Of a DNA stretch of 64,000 nucleotides, positions 1 to 7,956 are shown piece after piece. The position numbers and the translations under genes were made by a program. The stretch comes from Candidatus Spongiisociaceae bacterium (GTDB taxonomy: Bacteria; Actinomycetota; Acidimicrobiia; Spongiisociales; Spongiisociaceae). The DNA lies in contig CBDCOH010000002.1 of assembly GCA_965219685.1 (NCBI GenBank), positions 1,696,001 through 1,760,000 of the forward strand. Direction: 5' to 3'. Below the pieces are notes generated by a model, which worked only from the letters and a program-made list of their open reading frames with translations, was not told the origin of the DNA and did not search any database. The stretch's first letter is position 1. Each line of letters starts with the position of its first letter.

Positions 1-1
1 C

Positions 2-1258
2 ATGGACAAGGCTGCGATCGAACTCGGACTCGACCCGGTCGGGATACGGCGGACCAACCTCCTTCGCAAGCAGGACCTGCCCTTCACAACATTCGGTGGA
101 TCCGTCTTCGACTCCGGGAGCTTCCGCGAAGCCTTCGACAAGACCGTGGAGGCGGCTCGGGAGGCCCATTCATCTGCCATGGAAGAGTATCGGGACGACG
201 ATGGGGTCCGGATCGGTGTGGGTTTCGCAACGTACTGGGAGGGCACCTCGCCGAGCGGCTTCCTGAACACCGGGCTATGGGGCGCCCACGATTCCGCCTC
301 GGTGCGCGTCGAGCCGGACGGGGGCGTCGTCGTGAGTGTCGGGGTTACGACCACCGGACAGGGCGTGGAGACCATGGTCGCGACCCTGGCCGCTGACATC
401 CTGCGCGTCCCTCTCGATCGCGTCCGAGTGGAAATGGGGGACACGGACACCTGCCCCGCCGGTCAAGGCGGATGGGCGAGTCGCAGCACCGTGATGGGAG
501 GCGGCGCCGTCGTGATGGCCGCCCGGCGGATCCGGGACAAGATGATGCGGATCGCGGCCCACGCCCTGGAGGCCGGCGTTGACGACATCGTGATGTCGGA
601 AGGGCGGTTCGATGTCCGCGGGACACGGGTAGGAGTGTCGTTCGCGGAAGTGGCCGAGACAGCCACGGTGCGTACCTTTGGGCTTCCCGAGAGTCTGGAG
701 CCAGGCCTGGACACCACCGCGGTGTACACGGCCAACGTGGATCACTGGCCCAATGAACTCGGCCGCATCAACCCGTGCCCGACATACGCGAACGCCTCCC
801 ATGCGGCGGTCGTGAAAGTGGACCTCGCCACCGGTGCGGTGACAATCCTCCAGTACCTGTCGACGCACGACTGCGGACCGGTGATCAATCCTCGGATCGT
901 AAGGGGCCAAGTAGAGGGAGGGATAGCGCAGGGGATCGGAGGGACCCTTCTCGAGAACCTCGTCTACAGCGATGAGGGGCAACTCCTGTCTGCGAGCTTC
1001 ATGGACTACCTGATTCCCACCGCAGGCGAGATCCCGGATATGGTCGTGCAACACCTCGAGTCTCCCAGTCCCAACACGCCGCTCGGCGTGAAAGGTGTCG
1101 GCGAGGGAGGAGTCATAGGTGTTCCCGCGGCTGTCGCCAACGCGGTCCGGGATGCCCTTTCGGAGTTCGGCGTCGAGATCACCGAACTCCCGCTATCACC
1201 TTCGAACGTACGGAAGCTGATTCGAGAGGCAATTGTTAGGGCGTGTTCACGCTTTTGA
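2..1258 (+). CDS. Xanthine dehydrogenase/CoxL-family molybdopterin-binding large subunit (5' truncated by window edge; last codons supplied by IS5)
   Basis: Motifs GQG..T, GGWASRS, DCG..INP..V.GQ.EGG..QGIG, SFMDY..P, GVKGVGEGG. It lacks the form-I CoxL AYxCSFR motif. Confidence 0.9.
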   Translation: MDKAAIELGLDPVGIRRTNLLRKQDLPFTTFGGSVFDSGSFREAFDKTVEAAREAHSSAMEEYRDDDGVRIGVGFATYWEGTSPSGFLNTGLWGAHDSASVRVEPDGGVVVSVGVTTTGQGVETMVATLAADILRVPLDRVRVEMGDTDTCPAGQGGWASRSTVMGGGAVVMAARRIRDKMMRIAAHALEAGVDDIVMSEGRFDVRGTRVGVSFAEVAETATVRTFGLPESLEPGLDTTAVYTANVDHWPNELGRINPCPTYANASHAAVVKVDLATGAVTILQYLSTHDCGPVINPRIVRGQVEGGIAQGIGGTLLENLVYSDEGQLLSASFMDYLIPTAGEIPDMVVQHLESPSPNTPLGVKGVGEGGVIGVPAAVANAVRDALSEFGVEITELPLSPSNVRKLIREAIVRACSRF

Positions 1259-2033
1259 GGGTGTCGTGGATGAGGGCGAGGGTGATGAATGCTAGGAAGA
1301 TGATGTCGAGTTTGTCGTAGCGGACAAAGACACGCCGGTAGGCTTTGATCCGGCGGAAGAGCCGTTCCACTTCGTTTCGCCGCTTGTATATCTGGCGGTC
1401 GTAGTCCCATGGGTGGCGGCGGTTGGTTTTGGGTGGGATGACCGGTGTGTATCCCAGAGCGAGCGCCAGTTGTCGTGTGTTGTCTCCTTCGTAGGCGCGG
1501 TCGGCTACCAGGAACAGTTGCAGTTGTTCGCCTTCTGCTTCGGTGTCTTTCTTCTTTCGGGATCCGAGCTTTTCGAGGAGTTCCCGTCCGTGGGGGCCAT
1601 CATGGTCCTGGCCTGGGGAAATAGCGTAGATGATCGCTGTACGAGCGTCGGCGGCGACCATATGAATCTTGGTCGTCAATCCCCCTCGGGACCGTCCGAT
1701 GGCCTGGGGACCATGTTTTTTGAGAGCACCGGCTGCGTCGGGATGGACCTTGACTGTTGTGCTGTCCAATCCCAGAACTTCGAGGTCGATGAGTTGTTCT
1801 TGCTGTAGGCGTTGGAACACCCGCACCAGCACACCGCTGGCCGCCCAGCGCCTGAACCGCATGTAGATGGTGTGCCAGTTCCCGAACTCTTTGGGAAGGC
1901 CCCGCCATTTGCAGCCTTGTTCCAGTATGTGGAGCATGGCGTTGAGAGCATCGAGGTTGGATACCTTGACGTTGCCCCGCTGTTTCGGGAACGCGTCTGC
2001 TATGAGTTGGTATTGTTCTTGTGTTATTTCCAT
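1236..2033 (-). CDS. IS5-family transposase
   Basis: GCKWRGLP..FG.W.TIY.RF.RW, DSTTVK.H, GRSRGG.TTKIH, ADRAY, Y..RN.VER.F..IK DDE signature. Confidence 0.95.
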   Translation of the reverse strand: MEITQEQYQLIADAFPKQRGNVKVSNLDALNAMLHILEQGCKWRGLPKEFGNWHTIYMRFRRWAASGVLVRVFQRLQQEQLIDLEVLGLDSTTVKVHPDAAGALKKHGPQAIGRSRGGLTTKIHMVAADARTAIIYAISPGQDHDGPHGRELLEKLGSRKKKDTEAEGEQLQLFLVADRAYEGDNTRQLALALGYTPVIPPKTNRRHPWDYDRQIYKRRNEVERLFRRIKAYRRVFVRYDKLDIIFLAFITLALIHDTLKSVNTP

Positions 2034-2077
2034 ATGTTAATGGTATCACATGGGTGTAACTTAGAGTGAACACGCCC
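1239..2077 (-). mobile_element. IS5-family (IS427-like) insertion sequence
   Basis: Perfect 12-bp TIRs GGGCGTGTTCAC (1239-1250) and GTGAACACGCCC (2066-2077), each flanked by TA (1237-1238, 2078-2079). Confidence 0.92.
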
Positions 2078-2108
2078 TAGTTGTTAGTTGTAAGTTGCTA
2101 GTTGTTAG
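2078..2108 (+). repeat. Degenerate heptamer tandem repeat (TAGTTGT)~4
   Basis: TAGTTGT TAGTTGT AAGTTGC TAGTTGT TAG; a further unit (CAATTGT) lies on the other side of the IS at 1230-1236. Confidence 0.7.
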
Positions 2109-2173
2109 CCCCGGTTCTTCATGGATTGGGCGATGCGACACCATTCCCGTCGGCGCCACATGTCCGACCGCGT

Positions 2174-2881
2174 CTACGAGTAGCCGAGACGTGGATTATC
2201 GGGAGATAGCTGGGCCATCGCCGGCTGTGCATCGGGCTGGTACCGACCGAGAAGACGGCTGATGTCGTTCGAGGCCGCGGCCACATCGTCCGCGGCGCGG
2301 TCGTGATGGCCCTCCACAGTGAACAGAGCCTCGACTGTCTGCGGTCCTGTGGCGCTCTGCCTGCTCTGGCGCCAGCACCACCGGCGGGCGCTGACCAGCC
2401 CTGCCTGGTCGACGAATACGACCTCGCCCGGTCGGGGTGAAACCACCCGCCCGCTTCCCAGATCGGTGAACTGCTCGCTGCCCTCGGCAAAGCAGACCTG
2501 GGTGGACCCCGCCACGTGGGCCTGGTCGAAGGCCGCCACGGGGAGGGCGTACCGCACGGCCACCAGGTTGGCGATGTCCACCAACAGGTTGATCGAAGGG
2601 ATATCCCCACGCTTGACGAGGCGCCGGAGCAGGGCCTCGGCGGCATTGCGGTACTGCGTGGGCTTGACTCCGAAACTCGAGAAGGCCCGACGCCAGGCAG
2701 CAATGGACGGCACCTCCGCCATGCTCCGGCCTTCCATGGCGGAACGGGAGACGGCCTGTTGAGTCCGGAACTCGTCCTGCAACGCCGCCGGACTCGGACC
2801 ATTCGAGAGGCCGGTCGCGTGAACTACCCCGGCCCTGATGGTCGGGTAGCGCTCTATGACATCCGCGTGGTAGGAGAACAT
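2174..2881 (-). CDS. B3/B4 domain protein (PheRS-beta editing-like)
   Basis: AWRRAFSSFGVKPTQYR.AAEALLRR, IN.LVD..N, PGEVVF.D, RRWCWRQS. Confidence 0.85.
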   Translation of the reverse strand: MFSYHADVIERYPTIRAGVVHATGLSNGPSPAALQDEFRTQQAVSRSAMEGRSMAEVPSIAAWRRAFSSFGVKPTQYRNAAEALLRRLVKRGDIPSINLLVDIANLVAVRYALPVAAFDQAHVAGSTQVCFAEGSEQFTDLGSGRVVSPRPGEVVFVDQAGLVSARRWCWRQSRQSATGPQTVEALFTVEGHHDRAADDVAAASNDISRLLGRYQPDAQPAMAQLSPDNPRLGYS

Positions 2882-3196
2882 GTGTCCCCAAGGTTAAGCG
2901 TGCGCGGCTAGCTTGGAAATCCACCAATGCGGGTGTTGTCTCGGGTTCGATGCCGAGCGTTTCAGACACAATCAGACGGGCGAAGGAGAGGGGGTTGCCA
3001 AGACGATCGGCCAAATGGGTGCGTTCGATGAGCACACCGGGCAGGTACGGCGACATCTTCGTTTGGCCGCGCCCGCTTGTGAGCTGGGCCGAGGCGAGGG
3101 CGAAGCGGTCATTAACACAATACGGCGGTGGAGCGCGACGGACTCATCTCGGAGACGATCAGCATGCGACGAAGCGCTTGACGCGACATAGAGTGT

Positions 3197-3222
3197 TACT
3201 CATCGTCTGTAGACTTACCTAC
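3197..3222 (+). promoter_or_regulatory. C-box operator for controller protein (PvuII-type)
   Basis: TACTCATCGTC-TGTA-GACTTACCTAC resembles the GACTnnnAGTC-TGTA-GACTnnnAGTC double box. It ends 22 nt before the HTH gene ATG. Confidence 0.7.
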
Positions 3223-3244
3223 GACACCACCCCATCCTCGCTCC

Positions 3245-3472
3245 ATGGCTGGTCAACTCCGAAGGACGCTGGGCTCGAACCTCCGTCGTCTGCGCCGCGA
3301 CCGAGGGTGGTCGCAAGAGGATCTAGCGCACCGATCTGGACTCCACCGCACTTACGTTTCGTCCGTGGAACGCGCTCAGCGCAACATCTCGATCGATCAG
3401 ATCGAGCGTCTCGCTTATGCCTTAGACACTTCGCCATCAGACCTGTTCGCAGGGTTCAAGTCCGATGGATAG
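3245..3472 (+). CDS. XRE-family HTH controller (C) protein of a restriction-modification system
   Basis: SQEDLA..SGLHRTYVSSVER.QRNISI..I..LA.AL with HRTY recognition helix; upstream C-box; overlaps the nuclease start. Confidence 0.85.
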   Translation: MAGQLRRTLGSNLRRLRRDRGWSQEDLAHRSGLHRTYVSSVERAQRNISIDQIERLAYALDTSPSDLFAGFKSDG

Positions 3473-4076
3473 GCCCAACCAGGGAGAGTTCGAGCCCTCA
3501 CCGGCCTCCGACGAAGACTGGTCAGATGAGGACTGGGAACACATGATCCGCTGGCTCATCGACAGCGGCATGGTCACGGCCAAGGAAATGGCCGCGTTGA
3601 CTCTTGGACACCTCAACCCCTCGCAGGTAGGGACATCCATCGCCAGCAAGAAGACCTTTCAGGCCCACTACCCACGACGCAAGATCATGCAAGCTGTCTA
3701 TAAGTGGCACAACGCCCAAGAAGGGCACTGCGCCGACTGTGGTACTCGCCTTGAGCTCCAAGCCGATCACGTAGTCCCTCGCGAGGAACTCGGAGACGAC
3801 GCGGACACCCTCGATAACATGACGCTCCGTTGCCGTCGCTGCAACGTAATCCGACGGCCGTCTCATAAGCATGGCGGTAAGACATTCCTCACTGCCGAGG
3901 CAGCGCTGATGTGGATCCTCTTCGTGAAGCGTCCGCGCACCTATCAGGAGTATGAGCATCTCTGCCGCGATTACGGCATGACGATGGCTAACATCAGGTT
4001 CCGAGAGGCGTGGGCGATGGCCCACTGGCTAAGCAGAGAAGGCCTATACGAAATCGCCCCGGAATCGAAGTTCTGA
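3465..4076 (+). CDS. HNH endonuclease, putative type II restriction enzyme
   Basis: CADC...DHVVPRE..G....DN...RCRRCN Zn-HNH motif; follows the C protein and converges on a methyltransferase. Confidence 0.8.
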   Translation: MDRPNQGEFEPSPASDEDWSDEDWEHMIRWLIDSGMVTAKEMAALTLGHLNPSQVGTSIASKKTFQAHYPRRKIMQAVYKWHNAQEGHCADCGTRLELQADHVVPREELGDDADTLDNMTLRCRRCNVIRRPSHKHGGKTFLTAEAALMWILFVKRPRTYQEYEHLCRDYGMTMANIRFREAWAMAHWLSREGLYEIAPESKF

Positions 4077-4078
4077 AC

Positions 4079-6382
4079 CTAAAGCAGAGTCAACTGGACA
4101 CCGGTTGCCTGGTGCTTGAGTTCGTGGGAGCGGGTCATCTCTCTCGCCAGCGACGCATACTCTGCATCACGCTCGATCATGACCGAGCGCATTCCCAATT
4201 CCAGAGCGGCACGCGCCGTGGTCCCAGATCCAGCGAAGGGATCTACGACAACATCGCCCGACCGACCTATAGACCCCAGAACTCTTAGGCAGAGCTCAAG
4301 CGGATATGGGGCAGTGTGCCCGTAGACGTTGTTTCCCCGGACCATCTTGACCACGGGATGGATTTTCAGCACCCGGTTGCTCACTTTTAGTGGACCCGCT
4401 GCGCCACTCCGTGTGGGCTTCCGAAGGAGCAGCACATGCTCCCAGCAGTTCAACGGCGACTGGTAGAAGGGACTGGAATTCCCAGCGTTGAACGAACGCT
4501 TCCCCTGGATATCTCCCTTGTCCCACACCGCAGCTCCCTCATAGACGAAGCCGATGCGCCGAAACATGTCAACGAATAGTGCTGAAAGACCGATCCGTTT
4601 CTTGCCCATCAGAGAGAAGGTGATCGTCCTCTCGTTGTCAAAGTAGTCGAAGATATTGAATGCGTAGACTGCTCCCGGCCGGAGAGTGCGGAACAGCTCA
4701 CGGTGTATCCGGTGCATGTCGTATAGGTAGCAGTAAAGGTTCGGCCACCGGGAGTACTCCCTGGCGTTAAAGTATGGAGGGGAGGTCATCGCAGCGTCGA
4801 AGAGTCCGTCGGCATATTCTGCCAGCACTTCAAGCGCATCGCCCTGTATGACTTGCCACTGCTGGTCTCCCACAGTGGCCCTACCGGATCGGATCGGGCG
4901 CGGGGGATCACAATCTGCGACATACCTGGCAAAATATGGGCCGTCCCAAAAGTCACCTGAGGTCGCAGGGACAGGCGGGACAGGTACTTCTTCACGAATC
5001 TCTCGACCACTCACCACGCGCCCTGGTGTTTTCAGGTCGATCAAGCATACGACGTCCCCGACCATCGAGTAGAACGCCACCAACATCCGGACGACATCGC
5101 CTACCGAGGCAAATCCGCAAACGTCGCGTCGCCACTCACGGACCATTCCCTTGGCAATCCGGTTACGCGGCTCCAAGATTGCCGCTTGGTGCAGCAACGA
5201 CTTGAAGGAATACCGCTTCCCCCGGTTATAGATGCTCCGTTCAGGGCAAATCGGGTTCTGGCACTCCCAGCTCTTCACGCCGAATGACGGGTACGAGTTG
5301 CCTCGAACATGCGGCGATCGGCAGGCGGGACACCTGACGACCGTTTCGTCTCGTTCATTCTTCTGGAAGAGCGCAACCAGTTGAGTCACGTTGCCGTCGT
5401 CATCATGAATCGCAATAAGGTCTCGATAAGAGAATCCTATGCAGGACACTTCGAAGTCGGCGGCTGCCCCGTCGATCTCCGCATTATGGTCCAGCGTCTC
5501 AGCAGCCACCTCTTGCCACCGGAAGTAGCCCTTCCCAGACTTCTCCTCGACGAAGTGCTCGGCGAAATGAGTGAGGTCCGCACTGAGCTCCCATGCAACC
5601 GAAGGATCGCTCGGGTCGACGTTGATAATGGCCGCTAGATGTCCATAGTTGTCCATGGTCGCCCACTCGTCGACGAGCCACTGCTCAAGGCCCCATCGAG
5701 CACGCTCGTAGGTAGCCCGAGAAGGACTCGCAACTAGGCGGACGACCAAGGACCGGTCACGGCGGAACAACGCAGGCTGTTCATGCTTCAGCCGTTCCAT
5801 GAACGGCGCGCCGTCATCAATCGGGTCGTGCAACCCCTTGAGGGATGACTCATCAAACGAACTCCAGACCAGAGCACCGGCAGCTGAACTGAACACATCC
5901 CGAGCAACCCGCCGGTCGTGAGCCTTACGCAGTTTCGACGGCCTCGCAGCCTCGTTTCTTATTGCGTGGCGAGTCTGCTCGTGCGAAGCAGGCGTGAACG
6001 CAGAGAGAACAGGCTCTTGCGACGCCTTCTCGGACCAAGCCGACTCGACAACCTTCCGGAATGTTGCGAGATCTCCCGCATCTACGGCAGCGCATATTGC
6101 CAGCTTTTTGTGGTAGTTGAAGGTCACGCCAAGCGCAGCGGCGGCACCGTAGAGCTTCGACAGCGTACTGGCGTTGAGCCCCAGCTTCCGATTCATGCGA
6201 GCATAGAACCGCTGACCCCGGGTCTCCGGGTCAATTCGACAACGCCCCAGCGCTCCGAGCACGTCTGCCACAGCGTCGTGCGTCCGCTCATCGAGAGCGC
6301 CATCAGCAATCCCGCTAAGAACTCGCAGCTCGGTGATGAAGGCTTCAACATCGGCGAAGTGGCCTCTAACGCCGTCAGTCAC
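4079..6382 (-). CDS. Beta-class amino (probably N4-cytosine) DNA methyltransferase with long N-terminal extension
   Basis: GDAL..L, TSPPY (motif IV), L.PG, HTAPYP, VVDPFAGSGTT (motif I) in the C-terminal third; CPAC..CQNPIC upstream. Confidence 0.88.
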   Translation of the reverse strand: MTDGVRGHFADVEAFITELRVLSGIADGALDERTHDAVADVLGALGRCRIDPETRGQRFYARMNRKLGLNASTLSKLYGAAAALGVTFNYHKKLAICAAVDAGDLATFRKVVESAWSEKASQEPVLSAFTPASHEQTRHAIRNEAARPSKLRKAHDRRVARDVFSSAAGALVWSSFDESSLKGLHDPIDDGAPFMERLKHEQPALFRRDRSLVVRLVASPSRATYERARWGLEQWLVDEWATMDNYGHLAAIINVDPSDPSVAWELSADLTHFAEHFVEEKSGKGYFRWQEVAAETLDHNAEIDGAAADFEVSCIGFSYRDLIAIHDDDGNVTQLVALFQKNERDETVVRCPACRSPHVRGNSYPSFGVKSWECQNPICPERSIYNRGKRYSFKSLLHQAAILEPRNRIAKGMVREWRRDVCGFASVGDVVRMLVAFYSMVGDVVCLIDLKTPGRVVSGREIREEVPVPPVPATSGDFWDGPYFARYVADCDPPRPIRSGRATVGDQQWQVIQGDALEVLAEYADGLFDAAMTSPPYFNAREYSRWPNLYCYLYDMHRIHRELFRTLRPGAVYAFNIFDYFDNERTITFSLMGKKRIGLSALFVDMFRRIGFVYEGAAVWDKGDIQGKRSFNAGNSSPFYQSPLNCWEHVLLLRKPTRSGAAGPLKVSNRVLKIHPVVKMVRGNNVYGHTAPYPLELCLRVLGSIGRSGDVVVDPFAGSGTTARAALELGMRSVMIERDAEYASLAREMTRSHELKHQATGVQLTLL

Positions 6383-6621
6383 GCACCGCTCATCCTCACT
6401 AGCTGCGTCATCCGAATCAGCTCCTCAGCTCGACGGTGATCCCGTCGGTCTTCTCCCCCCCCCGCTGTCGACCACGCAGGCATCTTGGCGCCACGACTGC
6501 ATCGCCGACGACCAGCCCTCCGGGGTTGCACCGGCTGAAGAGCCTCGCGCACACAGAGAGCCGTTCGTACCGTGAAGAGTAGCGGATCAGGGTTCCTAGG
6601 TTCCACGCCTCTGTTGTTACG

Positions 6622-6945
6622 TCACCGTCGAGATTCTCTCAGCGCCTGTGTCAAGGCCGGCCCGTCAGTTGATGGACGTACCTTCCTAAGCGGCCACTCG
6701 CGCCAGTCCTGCGAGTGCGCTCGCCAAGAGGATCCGTCGCGGCGTTGGCAGCGCACCTGCGGGAGCACCGGGCTCGCCACGACCACCGTGAGACGCTGGG
6801 CCCGGCTGTTGGCGACGTTCAGCCGATTGAGGCTGTAGAGAGATTCCATCCCTCTGAGCACCTTGTCAGCCGAACCTGTCTCCATCGAAGAGATCGGTAT
6901 CGCCGCCTGCTGGTCCTGGAACCCTCAGACCGCGCCGATGTTACG
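6622..6945 (-). pseudogene. Remnant of the C-terminus of an SF1 (DNA2/NAM7-type) helicase-nuclease
   Basis: Minus frame reads NIGAV*GFQDQQAAIPISSMETGSADKVLRGMESLYSLNRLNVANSRAQ, a decayed GTVDKFQGQE...NRLNVA.SRA with an in-frame stop. Confidence 0.65.
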
Positions 6946-6989
6946 AGCCTTAAGCATCCCCCAATCTCGATCACTGCGATTCACACTTA

Positions 6990-7952
6990 GAGGGCGCGCG
7001 GATTGCTTAGTTGGTGGGGTTCCAGCGGTTTCTCCAGTTGATAAGCTTGATGGTGATGATCAGGGCGATGGCTAGAGCGAGTTGCGCTAGCCGGTGGTGG
7101 ATGCGGCGGTCGGTGTTGCGGCGTAGCTGCCCGTAGTTGGTGAGCCACGAGTTGGTTCGTTCGATGGTCCAGCGCATACCGAGGGGGGTGGATAGTTTGG
7201 AGTGGTTGGCTTGGCCTCGTGGTCGGCGGCGGGCGCAGATGACGTCGGTGATCCCGGCGGCTTCGCAGAGAGCCCGTACTGCTTTGCTGTCATAGCCCCG
7301 GTCTAGGTGCAGGGTCTCGACATCTAACAGCAGACCACGGTCGCCGACCGCTTCGAGGGTAGGTCCGAACAGGATACTGTCGTGACGGTTGGCGCCGTCG
7401 GTGGCGCAGCCAACCGGGATACCGTTGGCATCTGTGGCCAGGGACCACTTCCAGCCGGATTTGGCCCGGTCGCAGGGGTTTTTCCCGGTTCCTTGGCCAC
7501 CGGACGGTGCCTTGTGCTGGCTGCCGTCAACCGAAACATCGGAAAGGTCCAACCCCACCATGCGGTCATAGGCCGCAATGGCCTCTTCCGCCAGAGCGTC
7601 GAACACCCCCGCATCTATCCACTCGTCGCGTCGGGCCCTCAGTGTGGTATCCGACACCGCCCCACCCAAGACGTGTTCGGCGCTCACCCACGAGCAGCCG
7701 GTCACCAACCGGATCAGGATCCCCTGGAAACAGACACGATCCGGGATACGGCGACGGTGACCACCCATGGGATGGTTGACCACCCGCTCAGGCAACAGGC
7801 CCTCCACGGCTTCCCACACCGCGTTTGCCACTTCGGGTTCCAGCGCGCGCATAATCATTCCTCCACCGGTTGGGGGTGTGTAATTGCTGCTCGGTATCAA
7901 ACCCGAGATACCACCCCAACTGGTGGATTTACCAAGCTATCCGCGCACGCTC
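6990..7952 (-). mobile_element. IS5-family insertion sequence
   Basis: Imperfect 18-bp TIRs GAGGGCGCGCGGATTGCT / AGCTATCCGCGCACGCTC; TTA on both sides (6987-6989, 7953-7955). Confidence 0.88.
7007..7900 (-). CDS. IS5-family transposase (true start probably at MRALEPEV)
   Basis: HP.GGHRRRIPDR, SDTTLR.RRDEW, VDGS..KAP, DGANRHDS, LDRGYD, RW.IERT.SW. Confidence 0.93.
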   Translation of the reverse strand: MIPSSNYTPPTGGGMIMRALEPEVANAVWEAVEGLLPERVVNHPMGGHRRRIPDRVCFQGILIRLVTGCSWVSAEHVLGGAVSDTTLRARRDEWIDAGVFDALAEEAIAAYDRMVGLDLSDVSVDGSQHKAPSGGQGTGKNPCDRAKSGWKWSLATDANGIPVGCATDGANRHDSILFGPTLEAVGDRGLLLDVETLHLDRGYDSKAVRALCEAAGITDVICARRRPRGQANHSKLSTPLGMRWTIERTNSWLTNYGQLRRNTDRRIHHRLAQLALAIALIITIKLINWRNRWNPTN

Positions 7953-7956
7953 TTAG

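Noticed and set aside
2-1258. Aerobic CO dehydrogenase CoxL
   Set aside because: The active-site loop is GGWASRS, not AYxCSFR or AYxGAGR.
2890-3190. Possible gene remnant upstream of the B3/B4 gene
   Set aside because: No convincing motif in any frame.
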